A DNA stretch of 63,594 nt, the filler included, from Candidatus Aminicenantales bacterium (GTDB lineage: Bacteria; Acidobacteriota; Aminicenantia; Aminicenantales; Saccharicenantaceae), in assembly GCA_049512315.1 (NCBI GenBank). It is 4 parts of 4 records of this genome, joined end to end, with 100 filler letters (N's around TTAATTAATTAA, not from the genome) between each part and the next. Parts side by side here need not be neighbours in the genome. Positions count along the whole stretch, not along the records: positions 36,413 to 52,285 come from JBEKXF010000049.1; 3 more parts are not named here. One strand, given 5' to 3'. The notes beneath the pieces are model-generated. The model ran no database searches, had not been told where the DNA came from, and saw nothing but the letters and a program-made list of their open reading frames with translations. Below, piece after piece: positions 42,436 through 52,385 of this stretch. The position numbers were made by a program, and so were the translations under genes. Within the stretch, counting starts at the first letter, position 1, and each line of letters begins with the position of its first letter.

Positions 42436-42600
42436 GGCAAATCCATGATGACCGCTTTTTCCGGGGTTGTCAACAAACCCTCCTCGTAAGGCGGGCGGGA
42501 ACCGGCATGGTGCCACCCATCTCTTCGGGAAAGTCTCTGAGCTTGCCAAGTCCACTTCGGTCGTCTATATTAGTTTCATGAGAATGCGCGGAGGTTCAGC

Positions 42601-43539
42601 ATGAATGCGATCCATTGGGATAGATTCGCGGCCACCCTCACTCTCCTCTTGGCGCTGACGATCTTGTCCACGGCGTCGGCGCCGGCCCAGGAGAGGAAGG
42701 CCAATCCGGCCCTGGCGGCCCTGCTTCCGCAAGCCGAAGCCTGGAAACCAGCCGAAGCGCCGCAGAGCTTTTTCTCCGAAAGCCTCTATGAGTATATCGA
42801 CGGGGCCGCCGAGAGCTATATGAGCTATGACTTCAAGGAGCTTCTCGTCGTCCAGCTCAAGAAGGAGGGGACGGAGGCCACCCTGACCGTCGAGATCTAC
42901 GACATGTCGGGGCCGGGCAACGCATTCGGCATCTTCAGCGCTGAGCGGTACCCTGAGAACAAGCCCGTTCCGGTCGGGGACCTCGGGTACCTCGAAGGCG
43001 AGGCGCTGAATTTCCTGTCAGGACGCTACTATGTGAAGCTCCTCAGCTTCGGCCTGGGAGAAGGGACCGCCCCGGCCCTGACCAATTACGGCCAGAGGAT
43101 CGCCGGGGCCGTCCCGGAAAAAGGCGGCCTCCCGCCCCTTCTTCGGGTGTTCCCGCCCGGGGGGCTTGTCGCCCGGAGCGAAAAGTTCGTCAAGAAGAAT
43201 TTCCTGGGCTACGAGTTCCTCCACGACGGCTTCCTGGCCACCTACAAGATTGATGGCCAGGAGGTCGACTGCTTCGTGGCCGCGGCGGACTCGGAAAAGG
43301 AAGTCGAAACGGCGCTCGGCCGGCTCCTGGACTTTTTCGCCAAGGACAAGCAGGTTCCGGAAAAGACGGCCCTGGGTTATCGCGTCAAGAACCGCTATTC
43401 CCAGCTCACGTATATCGGCCATGTCCGGAACGTCCTCTGCGGCGTCCTGCGGGTTCCCGACGGCCTGGGATCGGCCGGAGAAAAACTGCTCGGGGCGTTG
43501 ACGGATTCGCTGGCCAAGATTCTGGCCGCCAAGGGTTGA
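42601..43539 (+). CDS. Secreted DUF6599-like protein
   Basis: Signal peptide; LYEYIDGAAESY, VEIYDM...AFGIFS.ER, GRYYVK. Confidence 0.7.
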   Translation: MNAIHWDRFAATLTLLLALTILSTASAPAQERKANPALAALLPQAEAWKPAEAPQSFFSESLYEYIDGAAESYMSYDFKELLVVQLKKEGTEATLTVEIYDMSGPGNAFGIFSAERYPENKPVPVGDLGYLEGEALNFLSGRYYVKLLSFGLGEGTAPALTNYGQRIAGAVPEKGGLPPLLRVFPPGGLVARSEKFVKKNFLGYEFLHDGFLATYKIDGQEVDCFVAAADSEKEVETALGRLLDFFAKDKQVPEKTALGYRVKNRYSQLTYIGHVRNVLCGVLRVPDGLGSAGEKLLGALTDSLAKILAAKG

Positions 43540-43594
43540 AACCCTGCGGATCGCACCTTTTGAGCGGGAGAGACGCACGATAAAAGGCCCGGCA

Positions 43595-44614
43595 GTGGAT
43601 GACCATAAATTTTTCCGCTTCTCGGTCGGCCTGATCCTTATCTTTGTCCTGGGGATTGTCCTGAAGGCGGCCCGGGAGGTCATTTATCCGTTCATTCTCG
43701 CCATTTTCATCTCTTATGTCGTCGACCCGATCATGGCTTTTCTCCAGCGACTCAAGATCCCCAAAGCGGCGGCCGCCGCCATCATCCTCCTCGGGGCCTT
43801 CGTCGTCCTTTCCCTCATCGGCCTCGTCGTCTATTCGAGCGGGAAAACCCTGGCCGCGGAGCTCCCCCGGTTTGAGCAGAGACTGACCGACCTCACGGGG
43901 TGGCTCGAGAAAGGTGTCGGCGGGATCCCTCTCAAACGCCAGGTCGCCTCTTATATCGAAAAGATCAACCTCCAGGGTGCCGCCTCCTTTGTGCTGGGGG
44001 CCCTGGGCCCCATCCTCGGGCTCTTCGGCAAGCTCTTTCTCCTTTTCCTGTTCCTGGCCGTCATCATGTTCGGGAGGGGCAGAATCACGGTCAAGGTCCG
44101 GAAATTCCTGAGCCCGGAGAGGTCAGCCCAGGTTATGGAGGCGCTCGAAAAGATCAACTTCCAGGTCCGGAAGTACCTGGTGATCAAGACTGTCTTGAGC
44201 CTCATCAACGGGTTCATTGTCTGGGCCGTCCTCGCGCTGTTCGGCGTGGATTTTGCGCTCCTCTTCGGCTTCCTGGCTTTCCTTCTGTATTACATCCCGA
44301 ATATCGGCTCCCTGGTCGCCACCGTGCTCCGGGTCGGTTTTGCCCTGTTCCAGTTCGGGACGATTTGGACCCCGCTCTGGGTCCTTGTCATCACCGTCGG
44401 AGCGGACAATGTCCTGGGGAACATGATCGAGCCCCGGATGATGGGCAAGGGACTCGGTTTGAGCCCTCTCGTCCTCATTTTTTCTTTGGTCTTCTGGGGT
44501 TGGCTCTGGGGGATCCCCGGGATGGTCATGGCGGTCCCCCTGGTCGCGGTCATCAAGATCGTCTGCCAGAACGTCCCTTCGCTCCGGCCGGTCGCCGTCC
44601 TGATCGGCTCTTAA
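43595..44614 (+). CDS. AI-2E (PerM/TqsA) family transporter
   Basis: YLVIKT, YIPNIGS, GNMIEPRMMG..LGLSPL, WGWLWGIPGMVMAVPL. Confidence 0.92.
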   Translation: MDDHKFFRFSVGLILIFVLGIVLKAAREVIYPFILAIFISYVVDPIMAFLQRLKIPKAAAAAIILLGAFVVLSLIGLVVYSSGKTLAAELPRFEQRLTDLTGWLEKGVGGIPLKRQVASYIEKINLQGAASFVLGALGPILGLFGKLFLLFLFLAVIMFGRGRITVKVRKFLSPERSAQVMEALEKINFQVRKYLVIKTVLSLINGFIVWAVLALFGVDFALLFGFLAFLLYYIPNIGSLVATVLRVGFALFQFGTIWTPLWVLVITVGADNVLGNMIEPRMMGKGLGLSPLVLIFSLVFWGWLWGIPGMVMAVPLVAVIKIVCQNVPSLRPVAVLIGS

Positions 44615-44648
44615 GCGGCTCCGGGCGGGAGTCCGGAGGCCGGACCGC

Positions 44649-45389
44649 TCATTCGTCCCCCTCGACGATAAAGGCCTCGGGAGAGATCTCCTTCATCTTC
44701 CGGCCGAGATAGCTCTTGAGGGCCTTCTGGGCGGCCCTCTGCTCGGCAGCCTTCTTGGACGGGCCTTTCGCCTTGGCCAGGGGTTTGCCATTGAGTGAGA
44801 CTTCCACGGTGAAGGTCTTTTTGTGCTCGGGCCCCTTGGCCGTGATGGTCGTATAAGCGGGCGCGGGGAGATCGGCTTTCTGGAACAGCTCCTGAAGGGC
44901 CGACTTGTAATTGTTGATCTGGAAGGTCTCGGTTTGGATGGGCTTCAGAGTCGGGGCGAGGAGACGGTGGATGAACGCCCGGGCGGCCTCGAAACCTCCG
45001 TCCAGGAAGATGGCCCCGACCAGGGCCTCAAACGCCCCGGCCAGGATGGAGCCCTTCGTCCGGCCGCCGCTCTTCTCTTCCCCCCGGCCGAGGAGGATAG
45101 CCCTGTCGAGCTTGATCCTCCGGGCTTCCCTGGCCAGGGCCAGGGTGCTGGTCGCTGAGGCCTTGAGCTTGGAGAGCTCGCCTTCGGTCCGGTCGGGGAA
45201 AGCCTTGAAGTAGAACTCGGCCGTGGCCAGGCCGATGACCGAATCCCCGAGGAATTCCAGGAGCTCATTATCCTGGGGCCCGTCCGGCTGGTTCTCATAG
45301 GCGTGGGAGCTGTGGGTCAGGGCCTTCCGCAAAAGCTCGGCATCCTTGAATGAGTAACCGGCTGCTTTTTCGATGCGATCGGTCTTCAT
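44649..45389 (-). CDS. rnc: Ribonuclease III
   Basis: ALTHSS, NELLEFLGDSV, EGELS, FEALVGAIFLDGG, dsRBD YKSALQE. Confidence 0.95.
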   Translation of the reverse strand: MKTDRIEKAAGYSFKDAELLRKALTHSSHAYENQPDGPQDNELLEFLGDSVIGLATAEFYFKAFPDRTEGELSKLKASATSTLALAREARRIKLDRAILLGRGEEKSGGRTKGSILAGAFEALVGAIFLDGGFEAARAFIHRLLAPTLKPIQTETFQINNYKSALQELFQKADLPAPAYTTITAKGPEHKKTFTVEVSLNGKPLAKAKGPSKKAAEQRAAQKALKSYLGRKMKEISPEAFIVEGDE

Positions 45390-45407
45390 GCCCAGTGTCC
45401 TTCGGCT

Positions 45408-46721
45408 TCAGGCGGGCTTTCCGGGCGCCGCCGGGTAGGTGAAATCGAAAGGATAGACCACCCGGCCGGCGACGATCGTCAACACCGCCCGCCCCTTCAG
45501 CTTCCAGCCGTCGAACGGCGTGTTCCGTCCTTTGGATTCGAAATTTATCCGGTCGACCGTCACCTTTTGGGACAGGTTCAGGACCGTGAGATCGGCGTCC
45601 GCCCCGACGGAGATCCGGCCTTTTCCCCGCAGGCCGAGCAGGCGGGCGGGGTTGGCGGACATGAGCTCAACGAAACGCTCAAGGGAAATGATCCTTTTAT
45701 GAACGAAGCGGTCGATAATGAGCGGGACCGCCGTCTCCAGTCCGACGATCCCGAACGGCGCTTTTTCGATACCCTGGCTTTTTTCCTTGACGGTGTGCGG
45801 AGCATGGTCTGTGGCGATGGCATCGACGACACCGGATCTCACGGCCTCGACGAGCGCGTCCACGTCCGCCCGGCTCCGCAGGGGAGGGTTCATTTTGAAG
45901 TCCGGGTCATGGCTTTCGAGGGCGGCGTCCGTCAGAATGAGATGGTGGGGCGTCACCTCGGCCGAGGCGGCGACCCCCAGCTCTCTCGCCGCGCGGAGGG
46001 CCGTGACTCCGCCCTTCGTGCTGAGGTGGGCGATATGAACCCGGGCCCCGGTTTCCCCGGCGAGGATGAGGTCGCGGGCGACCATGACCTCCTCGGCCGC
46101 CGCGGGAATTCCCTTGAGGCCGAAGCGGCGGGAGTAGGCTCCCTCATGCATGACGCCGTCGCCGCTCAAGGCCTTGTCCTCGCAATGGTCGATCACGAGC
46201 GCGCCGAGGGCCTGGGCGGACTCGAGGGCCCGTTTCATGAAGCGGCTGTCGGGGACCGGCTGGCCGTCGTCGGAAAAAGCGATGGCCCCGGCCGCGAGCA
46301 GGCCGGCCATGTCCACGAGCTCCTCGCCCCTGGACCCCTTGCTGATGGCCGCGATCGGGAGGACGTTGACGACGGCGCCTCGCGCCGCCGCGGCGAGGAT
46401 GTCTTGAGTGACTCGGGGGTCGTCGTTGACGGGATGTGTGTTGGGCATCGCGCAGACCGTGGTGAACCCGCCTCGGGCCGCGGCGCGGGACCCGGTGGCG
46501 ATGGTTTCCTTGGCCTCGGACCCCGGCTCCCGGAGGTGGGTGTGCATGTCGATGAGCCCGGGCACGACGACCAGCCTCGAGACATCGACGGAGGGGCACG
46601 AGGGGGCCTCGATCCTGGACTTGATCTCGGCGATCCTGCCGTCGACGATGAGGAGGTCGAGGGTTTCGTCGGTTTTCGTCCCCGGGTCGACCACCCGGCC
46701 GTTCTTGATCAGAAGCTTCAT
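45408..46721 (-). CDS. pyrC: Dihydroorotase (type I)
   Basis: MKLLIKNG, DMHTHLREPG, MPNT, DHCED, EVTPHHL, KMNPPLR, ATDHAPH. Confidence 0.95.
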   Translation of the reverse strand: MKLLIKNGRVVDPGTKTDETLDLLIVDGRIAEIKSRIEAPSCPSVDVSRLVVVPGLIDMHTHLREPGSEAKETIATGSRAAARGGFTTVCAMPNTHPVNDDPRVTQDILAAAARGAVVNVLPIAAISKGSRGEELVDMAGLLAAGAIAFSDDGQPVPDSRFMKRALESAQALGALVIDHCEDKALSGDGVMHEGAYSRRFGLKGIPAAAEEVMVARDLILAGETGARVHIAHLSTKGGVTALRAARELGVAASAEVTPHHLILTDAALESHDPDFKMNPPLRSRADVDALVEAVRSGVVDAIATDHAPHTVKEKSQGIEKAPFGIVGLETAVPLIIDRFVHKRIISLERFVELMSANPARLLGLRGKGRISVGADADLTVLNLSQKVTVDRINFESKGRNTPFDGWKLKGRAVLTIVAGRVVYPFDFTYPAAPGKPA

Positions 46722-46744
46722 GGTCCCTGCCGCGCTCCGTCCTC

Positions 46745-47296
46745 TCAGATCTTCGTCGGCTCCGCGATCAGGACCTCGTCGATCGAATCGAGCTCCTTGA
46801 GCCGGACCTGGATGACCTCGCGGCGGGAGGTCGGCAGGATCTTCCCCACGTAGTCCGGCCGGATGGGGAGTTCCCGGTGGCCCCGGTCGATGAGGACGAT
46901 GAGCTGAACCGTCTTCGGCCGGCCGGCGTCCATCAGGCCATCCATGGCCGCCCGGATCGTCCGTCCCGTCATCAGGACGTCGTCCACGAGAAGCACGTCT
47001 TTCTTGTCGATGGCGAAATCGACTTTGGGTTTTTTGCCCACGGGCCGGGCGTCCTTGGCCGGGAGGTCGTCCCGGTAGCGGGAGATGTCCAGGGCGCCGA
47101 CCGGAATGTTCACGCCCTCGAGTTCCTTGATCAGCCGGGCGATCCTCTTGCCGATGAAGATGCCCCGGGTCTTGATGCCGATAATGACCAGGCTCTTCAG
47201 GTTCCGGTTCCGTTCGATGATCTCGGTCGAGATCCGGATGAGGACGCGCCGGATCTTGCTTGAGTCCATGATCCGGGCCTTGATCTTCTTGTCCAT
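46745..47296 (-). CDS. pyrR: Bifunctional pyrimidine regulator/uracil phosphoribosyltransferase
   Basis: EIIERN, GIKTRG, YRDDL, LVDDVLMTGRTIRAA, DRGHRELPIRPDYVG. Confidence 0.93.
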   Translation of the reverse strand: MDKKIKARIMDSSKIRRVLIRISTEIIERNRNLKSLVIIGIKTRGIFIGKRIARLIKELEGVNIPVGALDISRYRDDLPAKDARPVGKKPKVDFAIDKKDVLLVDDVLMTGRTIRAAMDGLMDAGRPKTVQLIVLIDRGHRELPIRPDYVGKILPTSRREVIQVRLKELDSIDEVLIAEPTKI

Positions 47297-47340
47297 TCGT
47301 CAACTCCTCGTAAGGAAAATGCTATATCGCCGGGAAAAAG

Positions 47341-48264
47341 TCAACCCGGGCCGGCGAAATAAGCCCTGGCGACGTCGATGTCCATCCGGATCCGGGCCGC
47401 GAGGGCTTGCCGGTCAGCGAATTTTCTCGTCGCCCGGATCTTTTGGAGGAGACGGACCGTGAGCCCGGCCCCGTAGAGCCGGGCCCGGCGGTCCAGGATG
47501 TGGGTCTCGACGCTGACCGGGTGAACTCCGAAGGTCGGGTTGGTCCCGATGCTCGTGATCGAAGGGAACGTCCGCCCTCTCCAGATCGCCTCCGTGATGA
47601 AGACACCGTCGGGCAGGATCTCGTTCGCGGTCCGGAGGTTGGCGGTCGGCGCGCCGATGCTCCTTCCCCGAGCGAGCCCCTTGATGACCTCGCCGGCGAT
47701 CTCATAGGGCCGGCCGAGCAGGCGGGCCGCCTCGGCGACGCGGCCCTGGACGAGGAGGCGGCGGATGGCGCTCGAGCTGACGGCGACGCCGTCGATGACG
47801 GCGGGCGGCACGATGTGGACGCGCAGCCCGTGCACGCGGCCGAGCTCCCGGAGGCGGCCGACATCGCCGCGGCGGTCCCGGCCAAAACGGAAATCCCGGC
47901 CGACGACGACTTCCCGGGCCCCCAGCCGATCCCGGAGGATTCGTTCGACGAAATTCGACCCGGAAAGCTCCGAGAAAGCCCGGTCAAATCCGGTGACAAG
48001 AACGGCGTCGACGCATGACTCCCCGAGGCGCTCCAGTCTCTGCTCCGGCGAATCGATCATCCGGGCAGCCTTTTTCCCAAGGGCCCGCTCCGGGTGGGGG
48101 TCGAACGTCAGGACAAGCGAGGAGAGGTTCCGCCGCTCGGCCAGGCCGCGCAGGCGGGCGAGGATCTTCCGGTGCCCGAGATGGAGGCCGTCGAAGTTGC
48201 CGATGGCCACGGCCGCGGGGCGGGGGAGGGGCCGGAACTCTTCAAACCCGTGGAAGACGAACAT
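47341..48264 (-). CDS. ribF: Bifunctional riboflavin kinase/FAD synthetase
   Basis: GNFDGLHLGH, TFDPHP, SSSAIR, LLGRPY, PTAN, GTNPTF, ETHILD. Confidence 0.95.
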   Translation of the reverse strand: MFVFHGFEEFRPLPRPAAVAIGNFDGLHLGHRKILARLRGLAERRNLSSLVLTFDPHPERALGKKAARMIDSPEQRLERLGESCVDAVLVTGFDRAFSELSGSNFVERILRDRLGAREVVVGRDFRFGRDRRGDVGRLRELGRVHGLRVHIVPPAVIDGVAVSSSAIRRLLVQGRVAEAARLLGRPYEIAGEVIKGLARGRSIGAPTANLRTANEILPDGVFITEAIWRGRTFPSITSIGTNPTFGVHPVSVETHILDRRARLYGAGLTVRLLQKIRATRKFADRQALAARIRMDIDVARAYFAGPG

Positions 48265-48267
48265 GCG

Positions 48268-48591
48268 TCACATCTTGATGGTGTCGGTCTTCTTGAGGTA
48301 GGCCATCTTGAGCTGGTCCAGCACGCCCTCCAGGAATTTTTCCTCTTCCCCGTCGAGGTTCCCCTTGGTCCTGTCCTTGAGGAGGTCCAGGAGGTCAATG
48401 TTCCGCTTGGCCAGGGCCAGGTCCTCACGCCGCTCTCCGGACGCCGGGTCGTCCATGAGCCCGAGGTGGATGAGAGAGGGGAAGTAGAGGAGGATGACGA
48501 TGGAGCTGAATTCGAGCGGCGGGAGATACCCTTTGTCTTCCGCCCGGCGGTCGCGCCCGCCCCGATCGTCCGAACGTTCGTTTGAGGTCAT
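48268..48591 (-). CDS. DUF1844 domain-containing protein
   Basis: LG...P...DLALAKRNIDLL.LL.DRTKGNLD.EE..FL...L.QL. Confidence 0.85.
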   Translation of the reverse strand: MTSNERSDDRGGRDRRAEDKGYLPPLEFSSIVILLYFPSLIHLGLMDDPASGERREDLALAKRNIDLLDLLKDRTKGNLDGEEEKFLEGVLDQLKMAYLKKTDTIKM

Positions 48592-48761
48592 GGAAGGATC
48601 CTTCGTCCTGGGATGTTCCCGCCGGTCCGGCTCTCACTTTCCGAATGATCTGAACCTGTCACGGATTCCCATCTTACCGTTTTGCCGGCCAAACATCAAG
48701 GTCGGTCCGCCGCGATAGTCCTCGGGGACGAGTTTCAGGGATGCCGAACACGCTCCGGGGT

Positions 48762-49887
48762 TCAGGCGGCCGCGGGCGCGGATTTTTTCCTCAGGACGAG
48801 GGCGGCCCTGACCAATTCGTCGAGGTCGCCGTCCAGGACCCGGTCCGTATCGGCCGTCTCCACCCGCGTCCTGAGGTCCTTGATCATGCGGTATGGATGG
48901 AGGACGTAGGAGCGGATCTGGTTGCCCCAGGCGATGTCGGTCTTGGCGTCCTCGAGCTTCTCGGTCTTTTCCCGCTGCTTCCGCTGCTCGAGCTCGTAGA
49001 GGCGGGCCTTGAGGACCTTCATGGCCGAGGCCTTGTTCTTGTGCTGGGACCGCTCGTTCTGGCACTGGACGACGATGCCGGTCGGGAGGTGCGTGATGCG
49101 GACGGCCGAGTCCGTGGTGTTGACGTGCTGGCCGCCCTTCCCTCCGGACCGGTAGGTGTCGATCTTCAAGTCGTCCGGATTGATGGCGACCTCGATGTCC
49201 TCATCGATCTCCGGGTAGGCGAAGACCGCGGCGAACGAGGTGTGGCGGCGCTTGGCCGCGTCGAAGGGCGAGATCCGGACGAGCCGATGGACCCCGGATT
49301 CCTGGCTCAGGTTGCCGTAAGCGTAATCCCCCTCGACGCGGAGGGTCGCGCTCTTGAGGCCGGCCTCTTCCCCGGGCTGGAGGTCAAGGACCTCGGTCTT
49401 GAACCCCTTGCGCTCCGCGTAGCGGAGGTACATCCGCAAGAGCATCTGGGCCCAGTCCTGAGACTCTGTGCCGCCGGCGCCGGGGTGGATGGTCAAGATG
49501 GCGTTCCGGGGATCGTTCTCCTCGAAAAAGAGGGCCCGGAGCTCACCGTCCGAGAGGGCCTTTTCGAAGCGGCCGAGGGCGGCCTCGATCTCGGGACCGA
49601 CCTGTTCGCCCTCCGACAGGAGTTCCGTCAGGACGTCGATCTCGTCCTTCTCGTCCTGGATCTTCACGAAGAACTGGAGGTCTCGCTCAAGCCGTTTCTT
49701 TTTCTGCTGAAGGGCCTGGGAGGTCTTCTGGTCCTGCCAGACCTCGGGAGAGGCGAGGCGCTGGTTGATCGAGTCGCATTCGGCTTTTTTATGATCGAGG
49801 TCAAAGAAAGCCCCGCAGCTCTTCGAACTTGCCGAAGAAGCCGTCGAGGCGCATCCTGAGGTCAGATGAGATCTCTGTCATAGCCAT
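48762..49887 (-). CDS. prfB: Peptide chain release factor 2 with programmed +1 frameshift
   Basis: Short ORF (ATG 49887 or 49881) ends CGGGGCTTT-CTT-TGA-C at 49806-49800; +1 frame has GAGGTES, SPF, GGQHVN, QIRSYV. Confidence 0.95.
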
Positions 49888-51400
49888 GGCGGTGCCTGTC
49901 CTTCCGTTGATGGAACAGAGCCAGAATAGAGGACAGGAGGGCCAATGTCAAGCCGGCCAGGGGAAGGACGTCTCCCGTCCTCGCGTAGAGCGAGAGGCGG
50001 CTCGACGGGGAGATCGTTCCGGTGAGGACGGCCGGCGTCATGAGGCGGGAGCGGGTGAGCACCCGGCCGAAGGGGTCGACGATCCCGCTGATGCCGGTCG
50101 TGGCCGCCCGGAGGAGATAGCGGCGGTTTTCGACGGCGCGGAGGACAGCCTGGGCCCAATGCTGATAGGGGGCCGAGGATGTGCCGTACCAACCGTCGTT
50201 GGTGATCGTCGCGAGAAAGGTGGCGCCCCGGCGGACGAAGTCGCGGACGAGACCGGGAAATATGACCTCGTAGCAGATGGGCGAAGCGAACTTGTGCCCT
50301 GCGTACGTATGCAGGACGGGCTCGGTCCCCGGCGTGATCTCGCCGATGGCGTGGGTCAGCTTTTCGATGAAGAAAAAGACTTTCTTGTAGGGCGTGTACT
50401 CTCCAAAGGGGACCAGATGCATCTTGAAATAGAGGCTCCGGGAGAGGTCCGGGTGCAGGACCATGGCCGTATTGTGGTAGAGCCGGTTTCCGGGCGGACC
50501 GGTCGTTTCGTTGGTCCCGATGAGGAGTGTGACCCGGCTCGACCGGACATAATTTTCGAGCCCGGCGCTGAGTTCACGGTAGATTTCCTCCCCGCAGCTG
50601 AAGCAGAGCGGGACCGTGAATTCCGGCCAGATGACCAGGCCCGAGCCGCCCGCTGCGGCCTGACGGGTCAGGGCCATGTGCTGGTCGAAGATCTCCCTGA
50701 CCTGTCCCGGCTGAGCGAAATCCCAATAGATGTCCGAAGAGACATTTCCCTGGATGACCGACGCCTGGACCTTCGACGGCCCATCGAAGCTGGCCTTCTT
50801 GAGCTCGTACCATCCCCAGGAGTGGGCGAGGGCGAGAAGCCCCAGGGCTGCGAAGAAAGGTCCCCGCTTTTTCCGGGTCAGGGCCAGGACGAAGGAGCTC
50901 TGGAGAAGGACGAGGACGAAGGAGATCCCGCCCACTCCCGTCAGGGAGGCGGTCTGGAGGAAGGGTAGGTTTTCGTACTGGCTCGTGCCCAGGAGCCCCC
51001 AGGGAAATCCCGTCAGAAGATGGGTCACGAGATATTCGCAGGCGATCCAGAAGAAGGGGGCCAGGATGAAAGCCCCGGTCGGAAAGGCACGATGGACCGT
51101 GACGAAGAGGCTGCCGAAGACCCCCCAGTAAAGGGCCAGGAACCCGATGAGGGCCAGGTAGATGACGAGGCAGAGCCAGAGCGGCATCCCGGCGTAGTGC
51201 CGGGGGACGTCCGGGATCCAATAGAGCAGGACGGCGTAGAAGAAAAGCCCGGCGACCGCTCCGAGCCGGAAACCGGAGCGGTCGCGCGTGCTAGACAGGG
51301 CGATGAGGAGCGGGATCAGGGAGACCCAGGCCAGAAAGGCGAAGTGAAGCTTGGGAAACGCCAGGGCCGTCAGAACCCCGCTCAGAGCAGCCAGCCACAT
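49862..51400 (-). CDS. lnt: Apolipoprotein N-acyltransferase
   Basis: GFPW, IQGN, IWPE, KMHLVPFGEY, ICYE, TNDGWY, RAVEN. Confidence 0.95.
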   Translation of the reverse strand: MWLAALSGVLTALAFPKLHFAFLAWVSLIPLLIALSSTRDRSGFRLGAVAGLFFYAVLLYWIPDVPRHYAGMPLWLCLVIYLALIGFLALYWGVFGSLFVTVHRAFPTGAFILAPFFWIACEYLVTHLLTGFPWGLLGTSQYENLPFLQTASLTGVGGISFVLVLLQSSFVLALTRKKRGPFFAALGLLALAHSWGWYELKKASFDGPSKVQASVIQGNVSSDIYWDFAQPGQVREIFDQHMALTRQAAAGGSGLVIWPEFTVPLCFSCGEEIYRELSAGLENYVRSSRVTLLIGTNETTGPPGNRLYHNTAMVLHPDLSRSLYFKMHLVPFGEYTPYKKVFFFIEKLTHAIGEITPGTEPVLHTYAGHKFASPICYEVIFPGLVRDFVRRGATFLATITNDGWYGTSSAPYQHWAQAVLRAVENRRYLLRAATTGISGIVDPFGRVLTRSRLMTPAVLTGTISPSSRLSLYARTGDVLPLAGLTLALLSSILALFHQRKDRHRHGYDRDLI

Positions 51401-51449
51401 CGGAGTATCTTCCTTAGGAAGCTCGTTCCGGGCTCCGGGCCGGAAGGTT

Positions 51450-52112
51450 TCAGTCCTTGACGATCCTGTAGTCGGTTTTTTTCTTCCCGGCCTCGTTCAG
51501 CTTGGTCAAGGTTGCGGCTGCTTTCTCCCGGGTGGAAAAGCCGCCCACCCTGACGCGATACCAGGATTTGGCATCGGTCGGCCGAGGATCGGCGACGACC
51601 ACCGGAAAGCCCCGTTTCCTGAACTTGTCGGCTTCCGCGCCGGCCTGGACCCGGTCCGTGAATGCGGCGACCTGGATATAAAAGAGCCCCGTGCTAGCCG
51701 ATTCAGCCGGCTTGGAGAGGGTCTTCGTGGTCGGCGGGGTCGAGGCCTTGAACGCCGGCTTCTGGACCTGCTTGACCGGCGGCACGGTCTCGAGCGATGT
51801 CTTCGTCGATTTCTCCTGAGCCGCCGGCTTTCCCTGGCTTCCGGACAGGGGAGAGCTTGTCGTCAGCCCCGATGCCGGGCCGCTCTTGACCTGGTCCTGG
51901 GCCGGCTCGGCCGGCTTCCCGGCGGCCTGGTCCTTGACGGGTTCCTGGATCTGCTGGGCCACGATATGGGTCGCGGCGGTGATCTGGACCTGCTTTTTCC
52001 CGACCGAGACCCCTAGCAGGAAAATGAAGACGCCGAGGACGAGCACGCACACGAAGATGATCACGAGGAGGGTGCTCGAGACCTGGATTTCCCGGAAGTC
52101 TTTAGTTTTCAT
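51450..52112 (-). CDS. SPOR domain cell-division protein (FtsN/DedD-like)
   Basis: N-terminal TM segment, P/K/T-rich linker, YIQVAAF...WYRVRVGGF. Confidence 0.88.
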   Translation of the reverse strand: MKTKDFREIQVSSTLLVIIFVCVLVLGVFIFLLGVSVGKKQVQITAATHIVAQQIQEPVKDQAAGKPAEPAQDQVKSGPASGLTTSSPLSGSQGKPAAQEKSTKTSLETVPPVKQVQKPAFKASTPPTTKTLSKPAESASTGLFYIQVAAFTDRVQAGAEADKFRKRGFPVVVADPRPTDAKSWYRVRVGGFSTREKAAATLTKLNEAGKKKTDYRIVKD

Positions 52113-52117
52113 CTCTC

Positions 52118-52285
52118 TTATTTTTTCTCCTGGGGTTTTTCATAAGAGAAGGCCCGGAGGAGCTCGAGGGGCAGCGGGAAGACGATCGTGGAATTCTTCT
52201 CGGTGGCGATCTCGGCCAGGGTGCTGAGGAAGCGGAGCTGGAGGGCCTGAGGGTTTCGGGAAATGATGTCCGCGGCCTGGGTGAG
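52118..52285 (-). CDS. 3' end of slipin/stomatin (SPFH) family protein, cut by contig end
   Basis: [43 protein letters not shown]...*. Confidence 0.85.
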   Translation of the reverse strand, partial: LTQAADIISRNPQALQLRFLSTLAEIATEKNSTIVFPLPLELLRAFSYEKPQEKK

Positions 52286-52385
52286 NNNNNNNNNNNNNNN
52301 NNNNNNNNNNNNNNNNNNNNNNNNNNNNNTTAATTAATTAANNNNNNNNNNNNNNNNNNNNNNNNNNNNNNNNNNNNNNNNNNNN
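52286..52385. other. Artificial contig linker
   Basis: N run with TTAATTAATTAA. Confidence 0.98.

Noticed and set aside
45408..47303. 631-aa ORF suggesting an N-terminally extended PyrC
   Set aside because: The extension is an alternative frame over pyrR; PyrC starts at 46721.
38958..51221. Many long antisense or overlapping ORFs (e.g. 38958-40577, 45567-46853, 48741-49859; also 5422-6606, 18291-19592, 25972-27411)
   Set aside because: Shadow ORFs from high-GC codon bias opposite well-supported genes; no recognisable motifs.
20168..52385. TTAATTAATTAA palindromes inside N runs at three places
   Set aside because: Identical 100-nt artificial contig spacers. Not biological, and no linkage can be inferred across them.
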